DNA of 64,000 bases, from the NCBI GenBank assembly GCA_049724395.1, contig JAUGWO010000112.1, forward strand, positions 1 to 64,000, read 5' to 3'. Positions within the stretch are counted from its first letter, which is position 1, and the number at the start of each line of letters is the position of its first letter. The translations under genes were made by a program, and so were the position numbers. Below the pieces are notes generated by a model. The model saw only the letters and a program-made list of their open reading frames with translations, made no database searches and was not told where the DNA came from. Of the stretch, positions 21,910 through 33,666 are shown piece by piece. This DNA comes from Spongospora subterranea f. sp. subterranea. Its lineage: Eukaryota.

Positions 21910-23187
21910 TCACGTGGTTCCCAACCGAATCGCCCGAGCTTGAACCGGCCCATCGAGGCAGCGTAAAAATGCTGATCCCCGAGCAGTGTCGTCATAGACA
22001 TCTGTGAGTATGCGAAAGCTGGAATCAAACTCCTCGAACTTAAGGAAGCGACATACTAAGACATCTTGGTCCGACTCGGGGCTAACATCATGGCCCACCA
22101 GGCGACAAGCGTCCTCCTGAGATATGTGCTCGGCAAACCGCAGCTTGGTTCCTGTCTGTCCCTGTTGGTGGCAGGCATGTCCGGGTGAGTGTTGGACATG
22201 AGTTCGAAACCCCGTGAGTGATGGAATTTTGGGAGACCCCCCAAGGTTGCATCCAATACGGAAAAGTAGAGTGAATGTTGAACACGAATGTCTGACCACG
22301 CGGCCTCTAATGAATGTGGGAGAGCGAGCTGCATGCAGTAAACTCGGAAACTCTGGATAGGCAATGTAATTAGGTGGGGGCAGGTCCCATTCGGTGTGGT
22401 CGTTAGGACAGATTATGTTGCTGAATCCAGCTGGTCTAATAGGTTCCTTCATTGGATACCCAAGCTACTTGTAGCGGCCAGGCGGAAGTAAGGAAAGCCT
22501 GGTAGTACACAGGCTTACTCAACCCATAAGAACCCGCGATCCTTTTGTATACCATACCATACCATCGGCAAACCGCGGGAGTCCTTTCAGTGGTATATCC
22601 TTGACGTGCCTATCAAAAACCTCCGGCGACTTGGATGTGTCGATTTTATATTTAACCTCCGGCTGGATATCTGGGGGAATATGATCGGGTTCCATCACCT
22701 TGGATAATACCAATGATAATTTCTTCGATATCAGCTCCTCGAATCTGGAAAATCTTTCATCCAGACGTTGGTCTATATATTGAACCAACGCCGCTTTGGA
22801 ATTCGGGTTTTCCGCTCCCTTCGCGATGATTCCACTGGTTCCGAATATTCCGCCGGGTCCTTCATCTCTTCCTCATCCAGAACTAAATTGCCCTTGCCTC
22901 CGGCCATGACGGGACAAAGCAAGAAGTAGAGAAAGAAAAAAAAACAAATCAGATTAAATGCAATAACCCTTAGTTTGTTGTAAAGGCCTTTGTAACGCGT
23001 TCGGGTTACCAACGCTATTCGTACGACGTAATATGATGGTCGCCTACGATGTAAGGCAACAATAATGACTCGGATCGGCAAGATATCTTGCACAAGACCA
23101 ATTGGTGATAAATCCGAGTGAGGTTTATTTAGATACAAATACACCATGACAGGGTAAATGCGCGGGATGAGTGGGGCCCGCGCCACA
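21910..23187 (-). mobile_element. Truncated LTR element: LTR 23050-23187 plus gag-like fragment, inserted in the 3' LTR of copia-4
   Basis: TG..CA 138-bp segment abuts the break in the copia-4 LTR; MAGGKG.. reading frame follows. Confidence 0.55.
22142..22564 (+). mobile_element. SINE-like element, full length, 12-bp TSD TCGGCAAACCGC
   Basis: TSD at 22130-22141 and 22565-22576. Confidence 0.9.
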
Positions 23188-24170
23188 ATCTTCGGACCTC
23201 GTGAATCTTTGGACTCCGTGTATACTAACGACTGCATGGAGTATCAAGGCAACCCTTAATGTATTTCAACTCCCCTCCTTGGCCTTGATATTTAGTTTTG
23301 ACCTCAGATAGAAGAATCTATCTTTGGGAAGTGCTTTCGTACATATATCTGCTAAGTTTTCTTCCGAAGAAACATATGCCGTCTTGATTTTTCCCTGGGA
23401 AATCAATTCTCTGGTAAAGTGTTCACGAAGATCAATGTGCTTCATCCTCGAATGTTTGTCTTCGTTATTAAATACCGATATGGAACCTTGCGAATCCATA
23501 TTTAAAACAGTAGCACCTAACTGCTGAAATCCGAGTTCTTGTAAAACACTACGCAACCAGACAATTTCACATCCAGCGAGAGACGCGGCAATAGTTTCTG
23601 CCTCACAAGAGGATAAAGTGCACGACTTCTGTCGACTAGACTTGAATGCGACAGGTCCTCCATTAAGCATAACCACATAACCTGTAGTCGACCTTCGTGT
23701 ATCTTTACAGCCTGCCCAATCAGAGTCTCCATAGGCAATCAGCATGTTGGCGTTTTCGGATGCTGTGGTCGACTCAAACCTAATCCCAAAAGTCTTCGTG
23801 CCTTGAAGGTATCTTAGAATTCTTTTCAACGCAACAAAGTGTTCTAAGCCAGGATTTTGAACAAACCTGGCTACTTGTCCGACTGAGTAGGCGATATCAG
23901 GACGGGTATGAAGAAGGTATATGTCATGATCCAAAAGTCTTAAGTATATAAGGGTCTGGTCCAAATACGCAAAAGTCGACTTTTTGGGCGTCGACTTATT
24001 TTCTCCGCGACTGTAAGCGTCGACTTTTTGAAAAAGTAGGTCGCCGACCTACTTTTTCAAAAAGTCGACGAATTACAGTCATATTCGATGACAAAAATCC
24101 GTGAAAAAGTAGATAGAAGTAGACGCAGTAGTCGACGCCGTCGGGGTTACTCCAGCTATTTCTGACTCCA

Positions 24171-25363
24171 ATGGGCGACACCGAGATGATGAACATCGTC
24201 GCCGCCATGACGTGCGTTGCGGCAGCTGTGGCTGCTATTGCTGCGGATGGACGTCGGCACAGGCGCCCAGCTTCAATGATATATACCATTCGTAATAATA
24301 CTTGGCAAGGTTGACATTCAATTTCGTTGTTGTCTAGCAGCTTTTATAGGTTTGACAGTTTGTTTTAGGCGTTGAAGCCTGCTCGAATGACGGATGGTAC
24401 CGCAGAAATCTTCGCGTATCCAGGGCAACATTCAACTGGATCGTAGATCAATTGACCGAATACTCGGACAACAATGGAATTGCTTTGCCTGGCGATAATG
24501 CCTATGTCGATATGCGCACGAGGATTGCTTTGACGTTGTCGTACCTATCGCAAGAGGATGGTTTCATCAAATCCGCTGCTTTGTTCGGCATCGCGAAATC
24601 AACTGCGATTAGAAACGTTAATTCGTGCTTGGACGTTCTGATTTCATTAGCTCCCCAAGTGATCAAATTCCCATCCACGCCAGCTGCATGGCAGAAGATT
24701 GCAGGAATGTTCGAGGAGAATTGCGGGTTCCCGGACGTTGCGGGGGCGATCGATGGAACGCTGCTCCAAATCGAACGACCTTTTGAATATGATGGCTGGA
24801 TTTGTCGCAAGGGATTCCCAGCGATCAACATGCAGGCAACCGTTGACGCAGACGGCAGGTTCATGGAATATTCAGTACGGTCAGGGTCATGTAGCGACAA
24901 GAATGTTTGGACAATGTCCAGTCTAGGCCGATTGGCGCCAGGTATACTGCCCGTCAACATGCATTTCCTGGGCGACGCCGGGTATACTTTATCGTCTTTG
25001 ATGCTTACGCCATATCTAATTTATGAGGGCATGCCACAAGACGAAAAACGATACAACTACCTCCATTCGCGAACCCGGATCGTAGTCGAGCGGGCATTCG
25101 GTGGCTTGAAAGGACGTTGGCGAATCCTGAAGCGTACCCTCAACATGAAATCTCCCATGAGTTGTGCACGAACCATTGTGGCCTGCATGATTTTACATAA
25201 TCTGACAGTAGACGCAGGTGATGATGTAGACCTCGGAAACCGGATTGACGAATATCTACATCAGCATCAACGTTTTGACAATGTTGAGGGACACCGTCGC
25301 CATGACATAGATCGCCAGCAAAAGCGCAACAATATCAAAGATTATTTTCAAACATTAAATTAA
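24171..25363 (+). CDS. Harbinger DDE transposase (intron 24310-24368)
   Basis: NLRVSRATF, GAIDGT, FLGDAGY, RIVVERAFGGLKGRW, ILHN; splicing keeps the frame. Confidence 0.92.
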
Positions 25364-25370
25364 CTGCGAT

Positions 25371-26177
25371 TTATTTGGAAAAATTTTGAAATGCCTTCAA
25401 CAGCATCGAATTGATGGCGCTTTGCTCTTCAAATCGTTTTTCAATCTTTTGAAGAATTGACGCCAGTGATGAATCAACAGAAGTAGTTTGTGCTGCTGCG
25501 TTTATTTTCGCGACTTCGGCCATGGCGGCTGCCATGCTTCCCATGCCCTGAATCAGGCTGTCACCAAGGGATGGGACAGCAGCTTTGCGGCTGGGAGTCC
25601 CAACGTCCAATCGAGTTTGGGAGGATGGGATATTATCATCATCGGTTTCATTGTCATCATCAAGTTCGGGTTCCCCAGAGCATCCTCTGCTTAACGAATC
25701 CAACAAGGGACTGGCATGTAGTCCCGGCTGTGCCTGAAATATTGGTCACAACAAACAGGCCGAATTGCCTTGAATATGATAAAAAACCTGCATGTGGTCA
25801 GACAATGCTTCCCAGTATTCCGGGTACTTGATTCCGTCTTGGGGATTTCCGGTCTCGTTCTGGGCCTGGATCAACGAGCGATACTCCGACTTGAGGGAGG
25901 TAAACCTGTTTTTGACCTGTTTGGGATCAAAACAAGCATCGCTTCTTGCATTTAAGCGAGCAGTAAGCCACGCCCACCAAGCCGCCTTCTGCTTGTTGGT
26001 CTGACATGCGTTGAATTTCGCTTTCGAAGGAGCGCTGTAGCGTATCTCCAGCAACGACTCAATCGTGGAACATGACCACTCGGCACGTTTTAATGCCTTG
26101 GTCTGTCTTTTGTTTTGGCTCTCGCCCGCTTTGCGCTTAGGGGGTGTCGCGATGATAGCCGCTATTGCTTGCGACAT
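25371..26177 (-). CDS. Harbinger Myb/SANT-like DNA-binding protein (intron 25734-25787)
   Basis: W..LLE..WWAWL..QVKNRFTSLKSEY trihelix pattern; splicing joins the two ORFs in frame. Confidence 0.85.
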
Positions 26178-29100
26178 CTTTTTATGCAAATAAAATAATA
26201 ACTCCGCAAGAAGTCGATCACTTGGACCTCAGACTCATCGACTTCTACTTTTTGGGTACCCAATAAGTCGACGCCCTAAAAGTCGACTCCGCGCACTTGG
26301 ACCAGACCCTAAGGACCCGAGAATGATGGCCTTGTGCCATCATAGTACCTTTTGGGTCAGTTGGTAACTGTGTATCTCGGGCGCAGTTCCTAACAGTATG
26401 ATGGCTATCAAGATCGTGAGTTCGATTTCCTTAGTGTTCACAGCATTTTGGGGTCACTCGCGGCTTACATGTAACGGCATGGGGGTTGCCTTATACACCT
26501 TTCGTGGTCAGACTTCCCCGCCTGACTGGATTGTTTCGTCTTCTTCCTTCTCTCTCAACTGTCTTATATCGTTTCTATGCTCACCAGTCAGAGGATAATC
26601 TAGGAAGTCGCACGGGGGCTGGAAGGTCATGGGGGTCGCTCCTAAACAGGGGGATACTGTCATGATCCAAAAGTCTTAAGTATATAAGGACCCGAGAATG
26701 ATGGCCTTGTGCCATCATAGTACCTTTTGGGTCAGTTGGTAACTGTGTATCTCGGGCGCAGTTCCTAACAGTATGATGGCTATCAAGGTCGTGAGTTCGA
26801 TTTCCTTAGTGTTCACAGCATTTTGGGGTCACTCGCGGCTTACATGTAACGGCATGGGGGTTGCCTTATACACCTTTCGTGGTCAGACTTCCCCGCCTGA
26901 CTGGATTGTTTCGTCTTCTTCCTTCTCTCTCAACTGTCTTATATCGTTTCTATGCTCACCAGTCAGAGGATAATCTAGGAAGTCGCACGGGGGCTGGAAT
27001 GGAAGGTCATGGGGGTCGCTCCTAAACAGGGGGATACTGTCATGATCCAAAAGTCTTAAGTATATAAGGACCCGAGAATGATGGCCTTGTGCCATCATAG
27101 TACCTTTTGGGTCAGTTGGTAACTGTGTATCTCGGGCGCAGTTCCTAACAGTATAGTAGACTGCCGACAGTGGCTCAATAATTGATCGTTTCTTGATTCA
27201 CCCGATATCGATCTTCTTCAGTTACAGGCTCCATCTTTGTTGATAAACCTATTCTTGCAACAGCTGGAGTCGACTGCGGCTTACACTTATCCATATTACA
27301 CGATTTCAGAATCTGTTCGACATAATTCTCTTGTGAAAGAAAAATCGAGTTAGGATTGGTGTAAATCTGAATTCCAAGATACTGTCGAATCGGACCTAAG
27401 TCTTTCATCTTGAACTCATTACATAGGTCAACCTTTGTCTGATCTATCAATTTTCTGTGACCGATGAAAACTAAGTCCTCCACATACAACGGAATGATTA
27501 CAAATTCATTGCCCCTTTTCTCAATGTAAAGACATGAAGTCGATTTGACCTTGGTGAAGAGCAGCTTATTGCAAATGAAATCCTCAATAAGATTATGCCA
27601 TACATTGGGAGCTTGTTTCAAACCATACAATGATTTCAGCAACTTAACAAACCTGGAGCGAGTTGTGAGTCCCTTTGGTGTCTTCATATATATTTCCTCT
27701 TCTAAGGCACCGTTCAAGAATACTGTGACGACATCCATTTGATCGATTTCAACATGATCACTGACTGTTGAGTGAGACAGAACCAGTCTTAGGATATCTC
27801 CTCGAACAACTGGAGCATATGTGTCATGATAGTCTATTCCTTCTCGTTGACTGAATCCTTTGACGACCAATCTCGCTTTGAATCGTAATTGCCCATTGGC
27901 TTCATTCTTGACCTTGAAGACCCACCGACATCCAATGGCTTTAGCTCCTGTGGGTAGTGTCATTCTCTCTTCCCAAGTTCGGTGGTTAATTAATTCCTTC
28001 AACTCTTCATTAATGGCCTGGATCCAGTGCACCTTATTCTCTCCGTTAACAGCCTCGTCATATGACTGGGGCTCAGAAATGTCTTGAGTTCCTTGAATGA
28101 CCTTCCTTGACCATTCGTGATGAATAATGTCTCCATATCTCTCCGGTTGAACACGAACCCTTTTTTCGTTGATTATATTTCTCTGGTTCACATTTTGAAC
28201 GACCCCATGGGTATTATCGATTTGATCATCATTATCATCATCATCGCTATTTTCTTGTTCTTTTTGTTGGTACTCAAACCGTTCGACTGGTTGTCTTTGA
28301 CGCGGGCCGTCAACTATTAGAGATGAATCAGGACATTCTCTTCATCAGCAGTCACATAACTTCCTGCTTCATCAGAATACAGATCAGAATCGCTCTCGGT
28401 GGTATTATCATCAACCTGAACCGATACTCGTTCTTCATGTACTTCTTGGGGTTCCTCATCACTCGTGCTTTTGGATTCATCATCACCATCATCTTCGTCA
28501 CTTCCTTGATTTGCCGAATACGGTATGAAGTCCTGATCAGCGGTATTGTTTTTCTTCAACCACCTCAGAGAATGCATCATTTGCCGTCCTTGATCCAAAG
28601 CTGATCTCATTGAATACAACGTCCCTGTGCACTGTCACTTTCATCGTTTGCGGATCAAATAGTCTATACCCTTTCTGGTGATCAGCTTAACCGACAAATA
28701 TATATTTTCTTGTTTTGGCATCTGCTTTCGTTCTTTGTCCTCGAGGTATATGAGCATATGCATCACAACCAAAAACTCTTTAATAGCTAACATCTGCTTG
28801 GTTCCTTCAAGGATTTCATGAGGTGTGGAATCTTTGTATGTCGGATGTGGGCAGACATTCAAGACATGACTAGCTGTCAATATCGCATACCCCAGAAACA
28901 TCTTGGGTAATCGGGCATGTTGGATCATAGAGCGAGCTGCATCCATTATCACGCCATGTCCACGTTCTGCTAAGTTCTGTTCTGATGCGTACTCTACGTT
29001 GGATTGCCATTCAATTCCTCGTTTTTGAAGGTATTCTTGGAACTCCTTTGATACATATTCTTAGCATTGTCACCATGAACTATCTTGATCTTTTGTCCTG

Positions 29101-30773
29101 CCCTAGTTTCTAATCGAGGTTGATAGATTTTGAATTTTTTCAGCGCCTCGGATTTATGATGTAGGAGAAATGTCGACTTAAACCTCGATTTATCCTCAGT
29201 AAATGTAATAAAGTGCTGCTTTCCCGAAGGAGACATTCCCTTTAGAGGTCCACATGTATCAAACCACACCACTTCACAGAGTTCTTTAACTCGGGGTTTT
29301 CTGTGATTGGGAAATGGCTTTCTCTTCGCTTTTCCGATTGCACATGCTTCACAGAAACAACAAGACGAATCTTTAACAAGTTTAAGACCGCTGGTACTGT
29401 CCATCATCAATTTTAGGTCTCTTTCGTTGCGGTGGATTATTCTGTTGTGAGCCAGTTCTGTCGGAATACCTCCTGTTGTCGATGAAGATTGATTTGCATA
29501 AGCAGTTGAAATTGGTTGCATATTCAGAGTGTACATTCCGTCTTGATCAAGAGTCCCTTCACCGGTTATAACACCAAAACGATCTCTGATCTCGCACTCA
29601 AACTCATTAAACCTCATCTCCTTGCCTTCTTTCACCGCTTCTTTAACCGAAAACAGGTTATTATTTCCTAGTCCCGATACGTGGAGGACGTTAATTTGCT
29701 GAGTTAGGATTGAGCCGTCGCGTAAGCGGAATTGTATATCCATCTTGCCCTTTCCATCAGCACTGATCGTGCTGTTATCTGCAAGTATGATCTTTGTGCT
29801 ATCGTTTGTATAATCGGATATCCACTTTCTCTCTCCGGTCATATGTTGAGTACACGCTGAATCTGCAGGCCAGGTATTGTTCGAAACTGCGTTTGTATTG
29901 AATTTTCGGTATCTTGCGGGTACTTCTTCCAGCAATTGTTTTCGATGTGTCCAACCACAGTGCAAAATTCGCAAAGAGTATCAGATCCTCTGGTCTTCAT
30001 GGCGGCTACACTGCTTCCACCATTTTGCATGGACTCTTCGGCACTTTCCAACCGGTCTTGGAGAGTTGTTAAAGAAATGTTTTCTTGATCATGAAGTGCT
30101 TCAATCACCGCAGGGAAGCGACCTCGGCAGCCCACCATGAGGATGTCGATCATATCCTCATCTGTGAGGTTACGATCATGGAGCTTTAACTGATCCCTGA
30201 GTGATTGCTTCTCACGGATGTACTCCAGGACGCCCTGCTGCGCCCCCATCCGTAAAGACCAAAACATGGCCTTTAACGTCGCCACCTTGATGCGGCTACT
30301 TTTACCATACTTGGTTTCTAACCTTTGGATGAGAAGCGTGCAGGATTCGGTGTCATCAAATTGTGACCGGATCTGGGGCACCATCGCCAGTAGCAGGACA
30401 TTTGCTAACTGTTCATCAGTTTCTTGGTCAACAGTTTTTGAAGTTAGGAACTTAGAGAGGCGGTATGTCTTGAAAGCCAACTTGACCGTCTTGAACCAGT
30501 CATGGTAGTTGCTTTTTCCTATCAGTAGGGGTTGTATAAGCGAGTTGAGCTTTGAAACATCAATCTTCATCGCCGTTTCGCTTGCTGGTGTTGTTTCTGC
30601 CGTATCTGGGCCCATAACCAAACGAGTCCTTAAACCGAAATCCGGTATTAATAAGAACGTGAGATTTTATATATATGGTCAAAACACACATCTTCGGACC
30701 TCGTGAATCTTCGGACTCCGTGTATACTAACGGCTGCATGGAGTATCAAGGCAACCCTTAATATAATTCAACT

Positions 30774-31420
30774 GAGATGAAAACTGTGCCTTATTGTAAA
30801 TTTGTTGGCTCATTGAAGGCCGGACATGTCCAACCCAGGGCGCGAAAACCGGACAGCAGCTAAGAGAGTGGTATGTTATTTGAAATCAGCATCATCATTA
30901 GGGTTAAGATTCTCACTCGACCGTAACAATCCTGTTACTTACAGTGACAATGTTGCCGGAAATATTGATCAACGGCGTTCGACATCAGGTATCGACGCAT
31001 CGTTTCAATATTTGCCAACTGCAACTGTTATTTGGAAAAACCAGCGTCAGAAAACCACTGCGGAGTCGTCACTGGAAGAAGAATATATGGCGCTAGACTT
31101 AGCTGCTCGGGAAAGTGGAATTAGATCAACACAAGCAGACCGTGCCGATAACGATCAAGGGCGATAACCAGGGCTGCCTAAGTGTCGCAAAGAATGACAG
31201 AACCGACAGACGTACGATACATATAGATGTTCAATATCATGCGACCCGAGACAAACTAAAGGATGGCACGATAACGTTGGAGTATTGCTCAACTGATCAA
31301 ATGGTGGCGGATTCTCTGACCAAACTCATCTGCAAAACTAAAATTCGAGTGGTCCGTGATCGAATGGGACTGGTTGATTGCATTTGATTACCGGAGTCAT
31401 CGGCTTGAGCGGGGTGTTTT
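30774..31420 (+). pseudogene. Degenerate copia RT/RNase H remnant
   Basis: DQRRSTSG, GDNQGC, IHIDVQYH, QMVADSLTK. Confidence 0.8.
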
Positions 31421-32169
31421 TGAAACTGCAACCCTATTCTCCAGTCCTTCTATTTATGTTGTAGAGCAAATCTTCGGGTCTCCTGTCTCCCGTTTCTCAT
31501 ACAGTAAATCCCTCTGTTAAGAGATCTTATAACAAGGGCTGAACCCTGGTTTTAGGTGCCTAATACTCTAAACGATGGTTCATGATTCTGTTTAGGGTTT
31601 TAACAAAAGTCCATTTTGATAAGGTTGATGAAAAATAAGATGAAGTCATGTTGTTGTCAAGTTGGTGTCTCGGGACGGCCTGTATGTTAAGTTGGAATGG
31701 GGTTGTGGCGCCGTGCTGTTGCCTCCATCGTTAACGGAGGTCATCAAGGAGTACCAATTCTCCTCTCGTAACAGGAAATTCATCATCGATTTACATTCAA
31801 AGAGTGATGAATCTGAATGAGCTCCTGTTCCGAATCCGATAACTCGGTGTTCTCTGAAGACGACTACGATCCTGTTAAAGAAGGAGATCTAGTACAGATT
31901 ATCGCCGCTGCGATTGCCAGGGGTGTTATCACAGCACCGCCTTCCCTACACGGTCAACCAGTGCCATCGGATTCCATTATTGTTCTAATTCAGGAAATCC
32001 AAGCTGGTGACTCACTGGGCAATGATTTGTTTGGAGAACCTGTTGGTCTGGGAGCTTATATCTCAGTTTCTACCAGCTGTTTATCAAAAAGCCAATATAA
32101 TTGACATTATCTTCTCATTTTTTTTTAGACATGCAATTATCAGCTTTGAAAAAAAACTCTGCATATTAA

Positions 32170-32685
32170 GACCCGGAAACCCAAACCCTGGTGAAATTCA
32201 GGTGACACTGCGTAAATCGGTGGATAATATGAAACACTTCGAGGATTTGAAGCGTCGTCCACATTCAAATTACGTCGTCGGTGATAAAGGTATGGCTGAT
32301 TTAAGACTCCATTCGATTTGAACGCCATGTGCCCCTTTTTCATTGTTCGTATTATAAACCCTGTCGCTTATGAGTTAGAAAGAACCCTCCGGCTACACCG
32401 GAATCATGTGTCGCCAATGAGCTGCCTCATCGTAAGCAATACAGTTCTCCGACAATTGCATTGGATGACTGTCAACAATCAGTATGAACCCAAGGAAATC
32501 ATCTTTGAGTGTCAATTATTTCGAAGACATGATCAATACCTGGTACATTGAAAGGGATATGACATTTCTGATCGCACTTGGGAACCTTCTTCGTTGCTTT
32601 CGTAGGCCACGCCGTCATTAAGGGTTGCACTTACCAAATTCCATCGCAAAAATCCTGACGCACCGCCACCTAGAAGGGGAGTACA
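32170..32685 (+). pseudogene. Decayed chromovirus integrase C-terminus with chromodomain and PPT
   Basis: INPVAYELE..QYLVH*KGYDISDRTWEP; AGAAGGGGA tract. Confidence 0.65.
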
Positions 32686-33200
32686 GTACTATCAGAATTA
32701 TTCAGTTTAATATTCAATAAAGTGTACAGTCCGAGCTGGGCCATGCTCAGTTCGGACAACGTCTTTTTTGGTTAACTGGACATCGTTTTTCAGGTCAGAT
32801 ACTTGACAATTAGCAAAACCTGAACCGAGATAACCTTCAAAAATGCTTTTTAAGGTGAACTGTTGTTTATATCGTGAATGAAAAAATTCGAAGTTGTACT
32901 GTTTCTGAGTAAACCCTAGTGGAATAGGTAGGGAAAGAAAGCCCATACTGTAGCTTCGTGAAAACTGTTCAATGTCGGCATGTAATTCTCTTGACAGATC
33001 AGGACGACCAACGCCTTCATTGTACGAGGCTGATCGACCTGCGCCTTCATTGTAAGAGGCTGATCGACCAGCGACCCGATCGTATGAGGCTGATCGATAA
33101 GAGCCCCCGACCGTGCTGATAAATATGATATCGCAGACCGGTCCATCTCTGATAAAATACCAATGGCGAACTAATCTTACCGACTCGGTTTGTTAAAGTA

Positions 33201-33340
33201 GCTGCGTGGCCCCCCTGACAATCTGGTGCTGCGTGGCCCCCCTGACAATCTGGTGCTGCGTGGCCCCCCTGACAATCTGGTGCTGCGTGGCCCCCCTGAC
33301 AATCTGGTGCTGCGTGGCCCCCCTGACAATCTGGTGCTGC
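33201..33340. repeat. 27-bp tandem repeat x5 (GCTGCGTGGCCCCCCTGACAATCTGGT)
   Basis: Exact periodicity. Confidence 0.95.
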
Positions 33341-33666
33341 TGTAAATTGCGCAAAATTTTGCCCACCTACACTCCGATCGCAAGTAGTGCGCAGGCCGCG
33401 CTCTGGTTAGTGTATGTTGTTGTAGTAAGAGGCCTGAGGCGGCATCAGAAGTTCACAACTGTATCAGAGCCAGTGAATTGGGTTATTTCTATCAATCCTG
33501 TATTAAGGCCCCCTTCAGTGCTTGTACCAATACTAACCCCTTTAACCGGTCATATTCTTTAGGGCAGTCTCCTTGCCGCATTCTCTGGCAGTACCGCCGC
33601 ATTAACGATATTGATATTGGCACCTTCTAATAATCAAGCAGACGGCAACGGCCGTCCTTCGCTGAG

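Larger units (their letters stand above)
23952..26309 (+). mobile_element. PIF/Harbinger DNA transposon, apparently autonomous, TSD TAA
   Basis: TIR GGGTCTGGTCCAA at both ends, TAA duplication, two convergent genes. Confidence 0.95.
23922..27150 (+). mobile_element. Tandem TRIM (LTR-int-LTR-int-LTR), TSD GTATA, first LTR split by Harbinger
   Basis: LTRs 23922-23951 plus 26313-26395, 26658-26770, 27038-27150; PPT AAACAGGGGGA; GTATA on both flanks. Confidence 0.93.
23188..30773 (-). mobile_element. Ty1/copia element 4, degenerate; 5' LTR ~30620-30773, partial 3' LTR 23188-23271
   Basis: ~84 bp shared between ends; PBS GGTTATGGGCCCAG; frameshifted gag, PR (WPADSACTQHM), IN, RT and RH (YGDSDWAG); PPT AAGGAGGGG. 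Confidence 0.9.

Noticed and set aside
26520..26595. Hammerhead ribozyme (retrozyme) in the TRIM interior
   Set aside because: Only CTGGTGAG..GAAAC on the antisense strand; the CUGANGA core and stem II are not satisfied.
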